This document shows, in pieces, positions 13,983-25,903 of a stretch of 64,000 nucleotides of DNA (position 1 is its first letter; the number at the start of each line of letters is the position of its first letter). The position numbers and the translations under genes were made by a program. Under the pieces are notes generated by a model. It worked only from the letters and a program-made list of their open reading frames with translations. It was not told the origin of the DNA and made no database searches. The stretch is from Betaproteobacteria bacterium (GTDB lineage: Bacteria; Pseudomonadota; Gammaproteobacteria; Burkholderiales; Ferrovaceae). The stretch covers positions 11,288 through 75,287 of the forward strand of contig JAGWIW010000006.1 of the NCBI GenBank assembly GCA_028866015.1, read 5' to 3'.

Positions 13983-14807
13983 TCATCCCGAAGGCCAGTC
14001 CACCCAGCCCATCGCACTGGTCACAAGGACCACCGCGCCAAACAGAATCCGGTAGCCCGCAAAAACCGTAAAGCGGTGATGGCTGACAAAACGCAGCAGC
14101 GCACGCACCGTCAGGAAAGCGAATACGAAGGAAAACAGCGAGCCTACGGCAAAAAGGCCCAGGTCTTCCCGGTGAAACAGCGCATGGTATTTCACCAGTT
14201 CGTACAGCGTTGCGGCAAACAGCGTGGGTATTGCCAGGAAAAAGGAAAATTCGGTCGCGGCTGTCCGGGATAGCCCGAAATACAACCCCCCCATGATGGT
14301 GGAGCCAGAGCGGGACATTCCCGGAATCAGGGCGAGCGCCTGGCAGAAGCCGACTTTCAGCGCCAGTTGCCAGGTCATGCGATCCACCGTATCCACTTCG
14401 TGCGGCACGCGCCGGCGTTCAATCCAGAGGATGGCAATGGCGCCTGCGATGAACGCCAGGGCAACGGGAACCGGGGCAAACAGGTAGCGCTTGATCCGGC
14501 TCGCCAGCAGCAATCCCAGCACGGCGGCAGGCACAAAGGCCACCAGCAGGTTGAAAGTGAACCGCTGTGCAGCTGGGTCGTGCGGCAGGCCCCGAACCAC
14601 GGAAAGCACCTTGGCTCGGTATTCCCAGCACACCGCCAGGATGGCGGCAAACTGGATGACGATCTCGAAAACCTTGCCCTTCTCGTCGTTGAAATTCAGC
14701 AGACTACCCGCGACGATCAGGTGGCCGGTGCTGGACACCGGCAGGAATTCCGTCAACCCTTCCACCATTCCCAGAACGGCAGCCTTGCCCAGCAGCAACA
14801 GATCCAT
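13983..14807 (-). CDS. uppP: undecaprenyl-diphosphate phosphatase
   Basis: 274 aa polytopic membrane protein. Contains EGLTEFLPVSSTGHL and PGMSRSGSTI. Its stop codon abuts the rubredoxin stop (TGATCA). Confidence 0.9.
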   Translation of the reverse strand: MDLLLLGKAAVLGMVEGLTEFLPVSSTGHLIVAGSLLNFNDEKGKVFEIVIQFAAILAVCWEYRAKVLSVVRGLPHDPAAQRFTFNLLVAFVPAAVLGLLLASRIKRYLFAPVPVALAFIAGAIAILWIERRRVPHEVDTVDRMTWQLALKVGFCQALALIPGMSRSGSTIMGGLYFGLSRTAATEFSFFLAIPTLFAATLYELVKYHALFHREDLGLFAVGSLFSFVFAFLTVRALLRFVSHHRFTVFAGYRILFGAVVLVTSAMGWVDWPSG

Positions 14808-14816
14808 GCGGTTGCC

Positions 14817-17988
<3,172 letters not shown>

Positions 17989-18190
17989 GCGGGGTATCCT
18001 AAAGAAATTCTCGACACGGCCCTGCTATTGCAACAGCCGCGCCCAGTTTACCCTGAATCGCCCTTTCAGTCGTGCCAACCGGCGCGCGGGCTTGACCAAA
18101 AGCAAGACAGATTTGGAGGTGGATGGGCCCGGGCGGTTCCCGGGTCTGGTACAATTATTTTTTCCGACCTTAGCCTGTTGGAGTTCGTCC

Positions 18191-18844
18191 GTGAATATCG
18201 AACAAGCCCGTTTCAACATGGTCGAGCAGCAAATCCGGCCGTGGGAAGTGCTGGACACGACCGTACTGGATCTGCTCTACGAAGTGAGGCGCGAGGATTT
18301 CGTGCCCGATGCCTGGCGCCTGATGGCTTTTGCCGACATGGAAATCCCCTTGGGGTTTGGGGAATCCATGCTCTCGCCCAAGCTGGAAGCCCGGCTGATT
18401 CAGGAAATGCGACTCAAGAAGTCCGATCGCGTGCTGGAAGTGGGCACCGGAAGCGGGTACATGGCGGCCCTGTTGAGCCGGCTGGCTGCCGAAGTCACCA
18501 CCGTGGAAATCCATTCCGGGCTGGCCACCGCCGCAGCCAACAAGCTGCGTTCCCAAGGCTGCGACAACGTGACGGTAGAAGTGGGCGATGCGGCCCAAGG
18601 CTGGCAACCCGGTCGCCAGTGGGATGTCATCGTGCTCACCGGATCGGTTCCGCTGTTGCCCCAGGCGTTTCTGGATGCGGTTGCACCGGGCGGATGCCTG
18701 CTGGCCGTGGTGGGAGATGCCCCGGCCATGGAAGTGGTGCGCTGGAAGCGGGATGCTGCCGGAAACCTCCATTCCGAAACCCTTTTCGAAACGGTCATTC
18801 CTCCCCTGCACCACGTCCAGCAACCCGAACGGTTCAAGTTCTGA
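18191..18844 (+). CDS. protein-L-isoaspartate O-methyltransferase family protein
   Basis: Trimmed to the GTG at 18191, with GGAG 7 nt upstream. SAM motif VLEVGTGSGYMAALLS. The upstream part of track ORF 17987.. is Arg/Ser-rich junk that overlaps the dctA start. Confidence 0.7.
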   Translation: MNIEQARFNMVEQQIRPWEVLDTTVLDLLYEVRREDFVPDAWRLMAFADMEIPLGFGESMLSPKLEARLIQEMRLKKSDRVLEVGTGSGYMAALLSRLAAEVTTVEIHSGLATAAANKLRSQGCDNVTVEVGDAAQGWQPGRQWDVIVLTGSVPLLPQAFLDAVAPGGCLLAVVGDAPAMEVVRWKRDAAGNLHSETLFETVIPPLHHVQQPERFKF

Positions 18845-18869
18845 GCCACTGAGCGGCCTACCGGGCTGC

Positions 18870-19433
18870 TCAGGCGCTTTCTGTTTCGTAGCGCACCGAT
18901 TCCACTTCGATTTCACGCGGTCCTGCCGGGCTCTGGAAGCGGACCGTGTCCCCTTCCCTTGACTTTAGCAGGGCGCGCGCCAGGGGTGATATCCAGCTGA
19001 TGTGGCCGCGCGCAAGGTCCGTTTCGTCGACCCCGACGATGCGGTACGTGTGGGATGCCCCGGCCTCGTCACAGACGGTCACGGTCGCCCCGAAAAACAC
19101 CTGGTCATTGCCGGCTTGCAGCGCGGGATCCACCACCTGGGCAATTTCAAGCCGCTTGGTCAGAAAGCGGATGCGGCGGTCGATTTCACGCAGCCGCCGC
19201 TTGCCATAGATGTAATCCCCGTTTTCCGAGCGATCCCCGTTGGAGGCGGCCCAGGCGACGGTTTCCACAACCTTTGGCCGATCCACGCGCAGCAGCTGAT
19301 CCAGTTCGCCGAAGAGGCGGGCATGCCCCTCGGGCGTGATGTAATTGGGCGTGCCTCGGGGAAGCCCGGCCTGGGGCTCTTCCCGTTCCTCCTCGCTTTC
19401 TGTGTCCGATTCCCTGGTGAAAGCCTTGCTCAT
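18870..19433 (-). CDS. greB: transcript cleavage factor GreB with an acidic N-terminal extension
   Basis: 187 aa. The core WAASNGDRSENGDYIYGKRRLREIDRRIRFLTKRL matches GreB. The start ATG overlaps the waaA stop (ATGA). Confidence 0.88.
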   Translation of the reverse strand: MSKAFTRESDTESEEEREEPQAGLPRGTPNYITPEGHARLFGELDQLLRVDRPKVVETVAWAASNGDRSENGDYIYGKRRLREIDRRIRFLTKRLEIAQVVDPALQAGNDQVFFGATVTVCDEAGASHTYRIVGVDETDLARGHISWISPLARALLKSREGDTVRFQSPAGPREIEVESVRYETESA

Positions 19434-20698
19434 GATTTGGCAGACATGAAACGTTCGATCAGGGTCAACATGTTATGGACGGCGCCCTGATGCTGCAACG
19501 TGAATTTTCGGCCGGCTTCCCCCATGGCTCGCCGCCGGGGCTCGTCCTCAAGCAATGGCAGCAGGACCTGGGGAAGCCGTTCGGCATCGGTCACACGGAT
19601 GGCGGCGCCGGCTGTCACGGCGGCCTCTGCAGCTTCCTGGAAGTTGTAGGTATGGGGTCCCAGGATGACCGGGCACCCCACCGCGGTGGCTTCAATCAGG
19701 TTCTGTCCGCCAAAGGGCAGCAGGCTTCCACCCATCACGGCCACATCGGCCACCTGGAAGTACGCCGGCATTTCCCCCATGCTGTCGCCCAGCAGCACCG
19801 GTATGTCGCCAGGTACGGGACGGTTGTCCGAGCGGCGCACATAGGGGATGGACAGCCGCTGCAACAGCGCTGCGACTTCGTCGAAGCGCTGGGGATGTCG
19901 GGGAACCAGGATGAGCAGGCGGCCCTGCGCATTCAACTCCGGCCACAGGTCCAGCAACAGTTGCTCCTCGCCCGGCCGGGTGCTGGCGGCAAGCCAGATC
20001 TGTCGCTCTCTCCCCACCAACTGGCGCAGGGAGGCTGCCGGCATTGCCGCAGCCTGGGAGATGGCCATGTCGAATTTGAGGTTGCCGGCCACGGACACCT
20101 GCCCTGCCCCCAGGGCGGTGAAGCGCGCCGCATCAGAGGGCGTCTGCGCAGCGACCTGGGTCAGTTGTTCCAGCGTTTCGCGCACCAGCGGCTGGTGCAG
20201 GGCGTAGCGCAACGCTGACTTTTCCGACAGGCGGGCATTGACCAGCAGCAGCGGAATCGCCCGTTGCCGGCAGGCGGCAACGAGATGAGGCCAGATTTCC
20301 GTTTCCAGCAGCAGTCCCAGTTCCGGTTTGAAATGGTCGAGAAAGCGGTTGACCGCGAAAGGCAGATCGTAGGGCAGGTAGCAGCGGTACACCTCCGGGC
20401 TGATGAGGTCGGATGCGGTTTCCCGTCCAGTGGGCGTCATGTGGGTGAGCAGCAGGTGATGTCCAGGATGGCGGCGGCGGATTTCCTGGATGAGCGGCAC
20501 GGCAGCCCGGGTTTCTCCCACCGAAACCGCATGTAGCCAGATGAGGGGGCGCTCCGGCCTGATCGGATAGCGCCCCAGCCGTTCTGCCCAGTGCCGGCGA
20601 TAGGCCGGAAGGCGCCGGCTGCGCCAGAGCAGGCGCAGAAAGGCAAGGGGCAACAGCAGCCAGGCAATCAGGGCGTAGCGCCTGCGCGTGGTCAGCAT
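19430..20698 (-). CDS. waaA: 3-deoxy-D-manno-octulosonic acid (Kdo) transferase
   Basis: Trimmed to the ATG at 20698 (MLTTRRRYALIAWLLLP...). Contains the motif LIWLHAVSVGETRAAVPLIQEIRRRHP. The start overlaps the waaC stop. Confidence 0.88.
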   Translation of the reverse strand: MLTTRRRYALIAWLLLPLAFLRLLWRSRRLPAYRRHWAERLGRYPIRPERPLIWLHAVSVGETRAAVPLIQEIRRRHPGHHLLLTHMTPTGRETASDLISPEVYRCYLPYDLPFAVNRFLDHFKPELGLLLETEIWPHLVAACRQRAIPLLLVNARLSEKSALRYALHQPLVRETLEQLTQVAAQTPSDAARFTALGAGQVSVAGNLKFDMAISQAAAMPAASLRQLVGRERQIWLAASTRPGEEQLLLDLWPELNAQGRLLILVPRHPQRFDEVAALLQRLSIPYVRRSDNRPVPGDIPVLLGDSMGEMPAYFQVADVAVMGGSLLPFGGQNLIEATAVGCPVILGPHTYNFQEAAEAAVTAGAAIRVTDAERLPQVLLPLLEDEPRRRAMGEAGRKFTLQHQGAVHNMLTLIERFMSAKS

Positions 20699-21639
20699 GG
20701 CAGGACTTGCAGAATGGTTTCGACCGAAGGAACCTGCTTCCGGCCTCCGCAATTGATGGCCAGGGGGCTGCCGTAAACACCGGTATCTTCCGGACGGGTG
20801 GCCGTGAAAATAGCCACCACCGGCCGACCCAGGGCAACTGCCAGATGCGCCAGGCCCGTGTCGACACCGACCACGACCCGGGCATGACCCAGCAGGCCTG
20901 CCACTTCATGCAGTCCCAGGGCCGCAGGGGCCAGCGCACCTGGAATGTGCGAGGCAAGGCGCTGGGAGCGAGCCCGTTCCAGGGGGCTGCCGCCGGGAAT
21001 GACGGAACGCAGCCCGCGTTTTTCGAGGGCAAGCCCCAACCGGATCCAATGGTCTTCAGGCCATTCCTTGTGCGGGCGGCTGGTGGCATGCAGCAGCACC
21101 GCGTAAGGTTCGGCAGGTGCGCAGTCCGGGGCGGCAGTGGGCGGGCGCAGTCCGTAAGAGAGGTCAGGTCCGGCCGCATAGCCCAGCGCCTGGGCCGCAA
21201 GCTGGCGGTTGCGTTCCACTGCGTGGAGTGACCAGGGCACGGCGAATTTTTCCTGGTAGGCCAGCGTGGCCAGTGGTTCCCTGGCGCTGGCCCAGGTATA
21301 GCCGACGCGATGGGTCGGCACCAGCAGGCCCAGCAGGGCGCTCTTCATCAAACCCTGAAAATCGATGGCGAGATCGTACGGGTCCTCCGCCAGCTGGTGC
21401 CGCAGCACCCTGAGATCCTGCCAGGTCTGGCGGGCACAGAGCGCTTTGCGCCAGCGTCGCGTGGCCACGGGAAGAACGCGCCGGACGGCCGGATGAAGTT
21501 CCGGAATGGCCCTGAAGGATTCCTCCACCATCCAGTCGATGGCGGCATCCGGAAAATGTTGTGCCATGTCGGATACGGCAGGCAAAGCGTGCACCACATC
21601 GCCCAGTGAGGATGTCTTGATGACCAGAATTCTGCGCAT
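20692..21639 (-). CDS. waaC: ADP-heptose:LPS heptosyltransferase I
   Basis: 315 aa. Contains MRRILVIKTSSLGDVVHALPA...WMVEE...RRWRK...VGVDTGLAHLAVALGRP. Confidence 0.85.
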   Translation of the reverse strand: MRRILVIKTSSLGDVVHALPAVSDMAQHFPDAAIDWMVEESFRAIPELHPAVRRVLPVATRRWRKALCARQTWQDLRVLRHQLAEDPYDLAIDFQGLMKSALLGLLVPTHRVGYTWASAREPLATLAYQEKFAVPWSLHAVERNRQLAAQALGYAAGPDLSYGLRPPTAAPDCAPAEPYAVLLHATSRPHKEWPEDHWIRLGLALEKRGLRSVIPGGSPLERARSQRLASHIPGALAPAALGLHEVAGLLGHARVVVGVDTGLAHLAVALGRPVVAIFTATRPEDTGVYGSPLAINCGGRKQVPSVETILQVLPC

Positions 21640-21701
21640 GCCGCCATTCTAGGCTGTGCCGGGCCCCGAAGCTACCGCAACCCCCATGCTAGAATCCGGC
21701 C

Positions 21702-22706
21702 ATGAAGATACTGGTCACCGGAGCGGCAGGCTTCATCGGAATGCATGTGGCCAGGCGCCTGCTGCAGGCCGGGCACGAGGTTGTCGGCTTCGACAATTTG
21801 AATGCCTATTACGATGTTGGTCTCAAGCAAGCGCGCCTGCAACAGCTCGAGGGCTATTCCGGATTCCGCTTCGAACGCGGGGATATCGGCGATGGCCGTG
21901 CCTTGGCCGCCCTGTTTTCCGCAGCGGGCATCACCCATGTGGTCCATCTGGCTGCGCAGGCTGGCGTGCGCCATTCGCTGCAGCATCCCCAAAGCTACAT
22001 CGATTCGAACCTGAACGGTTTTGCCCAGGTTCTTGAATGTTGCCGGCACCATGCCGTGACCCACCTGGTTTATGCCAGCAGCTCCAGCGTCTACGGATCG
22101 AATGCACACCAGCCATTCAGTGAACACCATCCGGCCGACCATCCGCTGAGCCTGTATGCGGCCACCAAACGCGCCAATGAGTTGATGGCCCATGCCTACA
22201 GCCACCTGTTTGGCCTGCCGGTCACCGGGCTTCGCTTTTTTACGGTTTATGGTCCCTGGGGAAGGCCCGACATGGCCTATTTTTCATTCACCCGCGCCAT
22301 CCTGGAAGGACGCCCCATCACGTTGTTCAACCAGGGGCAGATGCGGCGTGATTTCACCTATGTGGACGACATCGTGGAGGGGGTGGTGCGGATTCTGGAG
22401 AAACCGGCCACCCCCCGCCCGGATTTTGACGTGCAGAATCCCGACCCGGCCACCAGCCATGCCCCCTGGCGGATATACAACATCGGCCATCATCAGCCGG
22501 TGCCGCTGGAACAGTTTGTGGCCACCCTGGAGCGCTGCCTGGGCAAGAAAGCGGTGCGCGAGTATTTGCCCATGCAGCCGGGGGATGTTGCCGAGACCCA
22601 TGCCGATACGGCCGACCTGGCCGAAGCCGTGGGTTACGTACCGGGCACGCCGCTGGAGGAGGGAATCGAACGGTTTGTACAGTGGTACAGGGGTTATTAC
22701 GCATGA
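21702..22706 (+). CDS. NAD-dependent epimerase/dehydratase (UDP-glucuronate 4-epimerase-like)
   Basis: 334 aa. Rossmann motif VTGAAGFIG, catalytic YAATKRANE, and FTVYGPWGRPDMA. Confidence 0.85.
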   Translation: MKILVTGAAGFIGMHVARRLLQAGHEVVGFDNLNAYYDVGLKQARLQQLEGYSGFRFERGDIGDGRALAALFSAAGITHVVHLAAQAGVRHSLQHPQSYIDSNLNGFAQVLECCRHHAVTHLVYASSSSVYGSNAHQPFSEHHPADHPLSLYAATKRANELMAHAYSHLFGLPVTGLRFFTVYGPWGRPDMAYFSFTRAILEGRPITLFNQGQMRRDFTYVDDIVEGVVRILEKPATPRPDFDVQNPDPATSHAPWRIYNIGHHQPVPLEQFVATLERCLGKKAVREYLPMQPGDVAETHADTADLAEAVGYVPGTPLEEGIERFVQWYRGYYA

Positions 22707-23446
22707 CCCTTTCCGTCATCATTATCGCCAAAAACGAAGCCGAAGCCATCGGGCTCTGTCTGGAGTCCGTGGCCTGGGCTGATGAGCGCATCGTGCTGGA
22801 TGGCGGCAGTGCGGATCGGACGGTGGAGATTGCCCGACAACATGGGGCTCGCGTCGAAGTGGCAGCCGACTGGCCGGGATTCGGGCCGCAAAAAAACCGG
22901 GCCCTGGCTTTGGCAAACGGGGATTGGGTGTTGTCGCTCGATGCCGACGAACAGGTGTCTGCCGCCTTGCGGGAGGAAATCGAGGCAGTGATGCGGCGCC
23001 CCGGTGCCGCTCCGGCATACCGCATGCCGCGCGCGTCACGCTATTGCGGACGGGTGCTGCGCCATGGCGGATGGTGGCCCGATTACGTGACGCGGCTGTT
23101 CCGGCGTGGCCAGGCCCGCTTTTCCGGGGACCTGGTGCATGAGCGGCTGCTCGTGGAGGGGGAGGTGGGCACCCTGTGCCATCCGTTGCAGCATGAGACC
23201 TACATCACCCTGGACGAGGCGCTGGAGAAAGCCAACCGGTATTCCACCCTTGGCGCGCAACAGGCCTTCGAACGGGGAGAACAAGCCACCCTGGGCCAGG
23301 CCTGCCTGCATGGCTTCTGGGCTTTTTTCCGGACCTATGTGCTGCGCCGCGGATTCCTGGACGGCGGGCACGGGCTGCTGCTTGCGGTATCCAACGCCCA
23401 GGCCACCTTTTATCGATACGCCAAGCTTTGGCTCAAGCGCCGCTGA
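22703..23446 (+). CDS. family 2 glycosyltransferase (LPS core, KdtX/WaaE-like)
   Basis: Trimmed to the ATG at 22703, which overlaps the epimerase stop (ATGA). Contains LSVIIIAKNEAEAI and SLDADE. Confidence 0.75.
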   Translation: MTLSVIIIAKNEAEAIGLCLESVAWADERIVLDGGSADRTVEIARQHGARVEVAADWPGFGPQKNRALALANGDWVLSLDADEQVSAALREEIEAVMRRPGAAPAYRMPRASRYCGRVLRHGGWWPDYVTRLFRRGQARFSGDLVHERLLVEGEVGTLCHPLQHETYITLDEALEKANRYSTLGAQQAFERGEQATLGQACLHGFWAFFRTYVLRRGFLDGGHGLLLAVSNAQATFYRYAKLWLKRR

Positions 23447-25190
23447 ACGACTGCATCTGGTAAAGACGGGCATAAACCCCGCTGCGGGCCAGCAGATCGC
23501 GGTGCGGGCCCTGTTCGACCATGCGGCCTTCCTGCAGCACCACAATGCGATCGGCGTTTTCGATGGTGGACAGCCGGTGGGCAATGACGATGGTGGTTCG
23601 CCCCACCATCAACCGCTCCAGCGCCGCCTGAACGGCGCGCTCCGACTCGCTGTCGAGCGCGGAAGTGGCTTCGTCCAGGATGAGCAGCGGCGCGTCCTTG
23701 AGGATGGCGCGCGCGATGGCGATGCGCTGGCGCTGGCCACCGGACAGTCGGGCCCCGTTTTCGCCCAGCAGCGTGTCAAAGCCCTCCGGCAACTGCTCGA
23801 TGAAATCCAGGGCATTGGCTGCCTTGGCGGCTGCGCGAATCTGCTCGGGGGCCGCATTGCGCAAGGGTCCGTAGGCGATGTTGTGTGCCACCGTGTCATT
23901 GAACAGCACCACGTCCTGGCTGACCAGGGCGATATTGGCGCGCAGGCTTGCCAGTGTCAGTGAGGGCAGCGCATGTCCGTCCAGCAGGATACGGCCTGCA
24001 GTGGGGGTATAGAAACGTGGAATCAGCATGGCCAGAGTGGTTTTGCCGCTTCCCGACTGTCCCACCAGCGCGATGGTTTCACCGGCGCGAACATCCAGCG
24101 TGAAATCATCGATGGCCGGCCTGTTGCCGCGCGGGTACGAAAAACTCACGTGCTCGAACTGCAGGCGGCCCTGGGCGCGGTCCAGAACCACGGTGCCCGC
24201 ATCTTCCTCAGGCTTCTGGTCCAGCAATTCAAAAATGCTTTCGCATCCGGCCAGGCCCCGTTGCAGGGACTCGCTGATGTCCGAAAGCCGCTTGAGTGGG
24301 GCCAGCAACATGATCATGGCCGTGATGAAGGAAACAAACCCGCCCACGGTGGTTTCGTCGGCGCCGGCCTGAAGCGTGGCCAGCCACACGATGGCTGCAA
24401 CGGCCAGTGCGGCGAAAAACTGGACCAGAGGCACATTGGCGGCACCGGCTGCGGCCTGCTTCATGTTGAGGCGGCGCACGCGATTGCTGGCTTCGCGGAA
24501 GCGTTCGGTTTCCGACTCCACGCCTCCGAACACCTTGATGACTTTCTGGCAACTGATGGTTTCATCCAGGACGGTGGTGATCCCGCCCATCGCTTTCATG
24601 TTTTCCCGGTTGGCGTTGCGCAGGCGCGTATTGAATTTCCTGACCACCAGGGCGATGGGGGGCGCCGCCAGCAGCGTGATGCTGGTCAATTTCCAGTTCA
24701 GATACACCAGCCAGCTCAGCAGTCCCAGGACCACGAAGGAGTCCGTTACCAGGTTGGTGATGACCGTGGTGGCCGCGGTCATGACCTGATTGGCGTCGAA
24801 CACCAGTTTGGAGATGAGCGCTCCTCCCGTATGGTCGTCGAAGTAACGCACCGGCAGTTCCAGGAGGCGGCTGAACATCTGTCCGCGCAGGTCCATGACC
24901 ACCTTGTTGCCGACCCAGTTCATGGCGAACTTGGAGACAAAGTTGGCAATGCCGCGAACCACGAACAGGGACAGCAGCATTACCGGAACCCAGTGGATCC
25001 AGGCCGGATCCTTGTGCACGAAACTCATGTCGAGCATGGGCTTGAGCAGCGCGGGCAGCAGGGGCTCGGTGGCTGCCGTCACGATCATGCCGGTGATGGC
25101 TGCGACAAATTCCCACCGGTAGGGCAGTACGTAGCGGAGCAGTCGCCCATAGAGGGCAGCGCTTTGCGCCGGGAAAGAAAGCAGGGGCAC
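23433..25190 (-). CDS. msbA: lipid A export ABC transporter (permease-ATPase fusion)
   Basis: Trimmed to the GTG at 25190, with AGGA 9 nt upstream, giving 585 aa. It has six-TM and ABC domains: GQSGSGKTT, LSGGQRQRIAIARA and LILDEATSALD. The 107-aa upstream part of the track ORF is Pro/Arg-rich junk. Confidence 0.88.
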   Translation of the reverse strand: MPLLSFPAQSAALYGRLLRYVLPYRWEFVAAITGMIVTAATEPLLPALLKPMLDMSFVHKDPAWIHWVPVMLLSLFVVRGIANFVSKFAMNWVGNKVVMDLRGQMFSRLLELPVRYFDDHTGGALISKLVFDANQVMTAATTVITNLVTDSFVVLGLLSWLVYLNWKLTSITLLAAPPIALVVRKFNTRLRNANRENMKAMGGITTVLDETISCQKVIKVFGGVESETERFREASNRVRRLNMKQAAAGAANVPLVQFFAALAVAAIVWLATLQAGADETTVGGFVSFITAMIMLLAPLKRLSDISESLQRGLAGCESIFELLDQKPEEDAGTVVLDRAQGRLQFEHVSFSYPRGNRPAIDDFTLDVRAGETIALVGQSGSGKTTLAMLIPRFYTPTAGRILLDGHALPSLTLASLRANIALVSQDVVLFNDTVAHNIAYGPLRNAAPEQIRAAAKAANALDFIEQLPEGFDTLLGENGARLSGGQRQRIAIARAILKDAPLLILDEATSALDSESERAVQAALERLMVGRTTIVIAHRLSTIENADRIVVLQEGRMVEQGPHRDLLARSGVYARLYQMQSFSGA

Positions 25191-25321
25191 GGGCCGTGAT
25201 CCTGAAGCAACAAGAGGCTGGCAGTATACCGTACCCGGGCGCAGGTCCGGCCCTGACTGCCAACAAGGGCCGGGGAATCTGCTAACATGAACGGCAGAAA
25301 CTTTACCGATTCTGGAATGAT

Positions 25322-25894
25322 ATGACTTTAGATGACCGTACACGCCGTATCGTGGCGCTGGCCCTCGCACTGCTGGTTGCAGCCACCCATGGACAGCATG
25401 ACCTGAGCGCTTTCCACCTGCCGCCGGCCACCTGGGCCGCCTTTTTCCTGGGGGGGCTGTTGCTGCAGCGCGCCGGATGGTGGGTGCTTGGGCTGGCCCT
25501 GGTGGCGGCACTCGACACCATCGCCATTCGTTGGGGAGGCGTCAGCGATTTTTGCATGTCGCCAGCCTACCTGTTCATGATCCCGGCTTACGGCACCCTA
25601 TGGCTGGCTGGCCGCGTGGCCTCGCGCCACCTGCACCGGCAATTGCGGGACGGGTTGATCGTGGCCGCCTGCCTGGGCAGCATCCTGGTGGCTGAAACGT
25701 TGGCCAGCGGCAGCTTTTACCTGTTTTCCGGAAAGGTGGCGCAACACGGCCTGAAGGGCTTGCCTTCCTATCTGATCACCTGGGCACCGCAAACCCTTGA
25801 GGCGTTCGCATTCTGGATCGGTGCTTCTGCCCTGGCGGGAAGCGCCGTTCTCCTGCTGCGCGGCGCCGGAGTCCTGCCCCGGCGCTCTGCCTGA
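25322..25894 (+). CDS. hypothetical polytopic inner-membrane protein
   Basis: 190 aa with about five hydrophobic segments and no motif I recognise. Its codon usage looks like that of its neighbours. Confidence 0.5.
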   Translation: MTLDDRTRRIVALALALLVAATHGQHDLSAFHLPPATWAAFFLGGLLLQRAGWWVLGLALVAALDTIAIRWGGVSDFCMSPAYLFMIPAYGTLWLAGRVASRHLHRQLRDGLIVAACLGSILVAETLASGSFYLFSGKVAQHGLKGLPSYLITWAPQTLEAFAFWIGASALAGSAVLLLRGAGVLPRRSA

Positions 25895-25903
25895 CTTCCT
25901 GCT

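Noticed and set aside
17989-18190. Possible riboswitch or sigma-54 promoter upstream of dctA, based on TTGGCACGACTGAAAGGGC and the hairpin CCCGGGAACCGCCCGGG.
   Set aside because: TGGCAC is not followed by TTGC at the required GG-N10-GC spacing. No known riboswitch core is recognisable. An extended -10 (TGGTACAAT) for the plus-strand methyltransferase-family gene explains part of the region.
25305-25312. Additional TAAAGTTT octamers: on the minus strand at 25305-25312 upstream of msbA, and on the plus strand at 10136-10143 upstream of the candidate sRNA.
   Set aside because: The sequences 11 nt downstream (GTTAGCAG and GTTCCAAA) match GCCGATAA at 3 of 8 positions or fewer. These are probably chance -35 look-alikes. 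The 10136 copy is noted only as a weak possibility for the sRNA promoter.
25191-25511. N-terminal extensions in track ORFs. Affected genes are msbA to 25511, btuB to 28120, the IMPase gene to 36427, argA from 36459, ilvA from 39695, pgk to 33034, thiE to 13010, waaA to 20752, phoU to 39115, the aldehyde dehydrogenase to 42848, flhD to 59364 and flhC to 58928.
   Set aside because: The extensions are Pro/Arg/Ser-rich, overlap neighbouring genes or RNA elements, and precede internal start codons. Those internal starts give family-typical N-termini, often with an RBS or an ATGA-type overlap.
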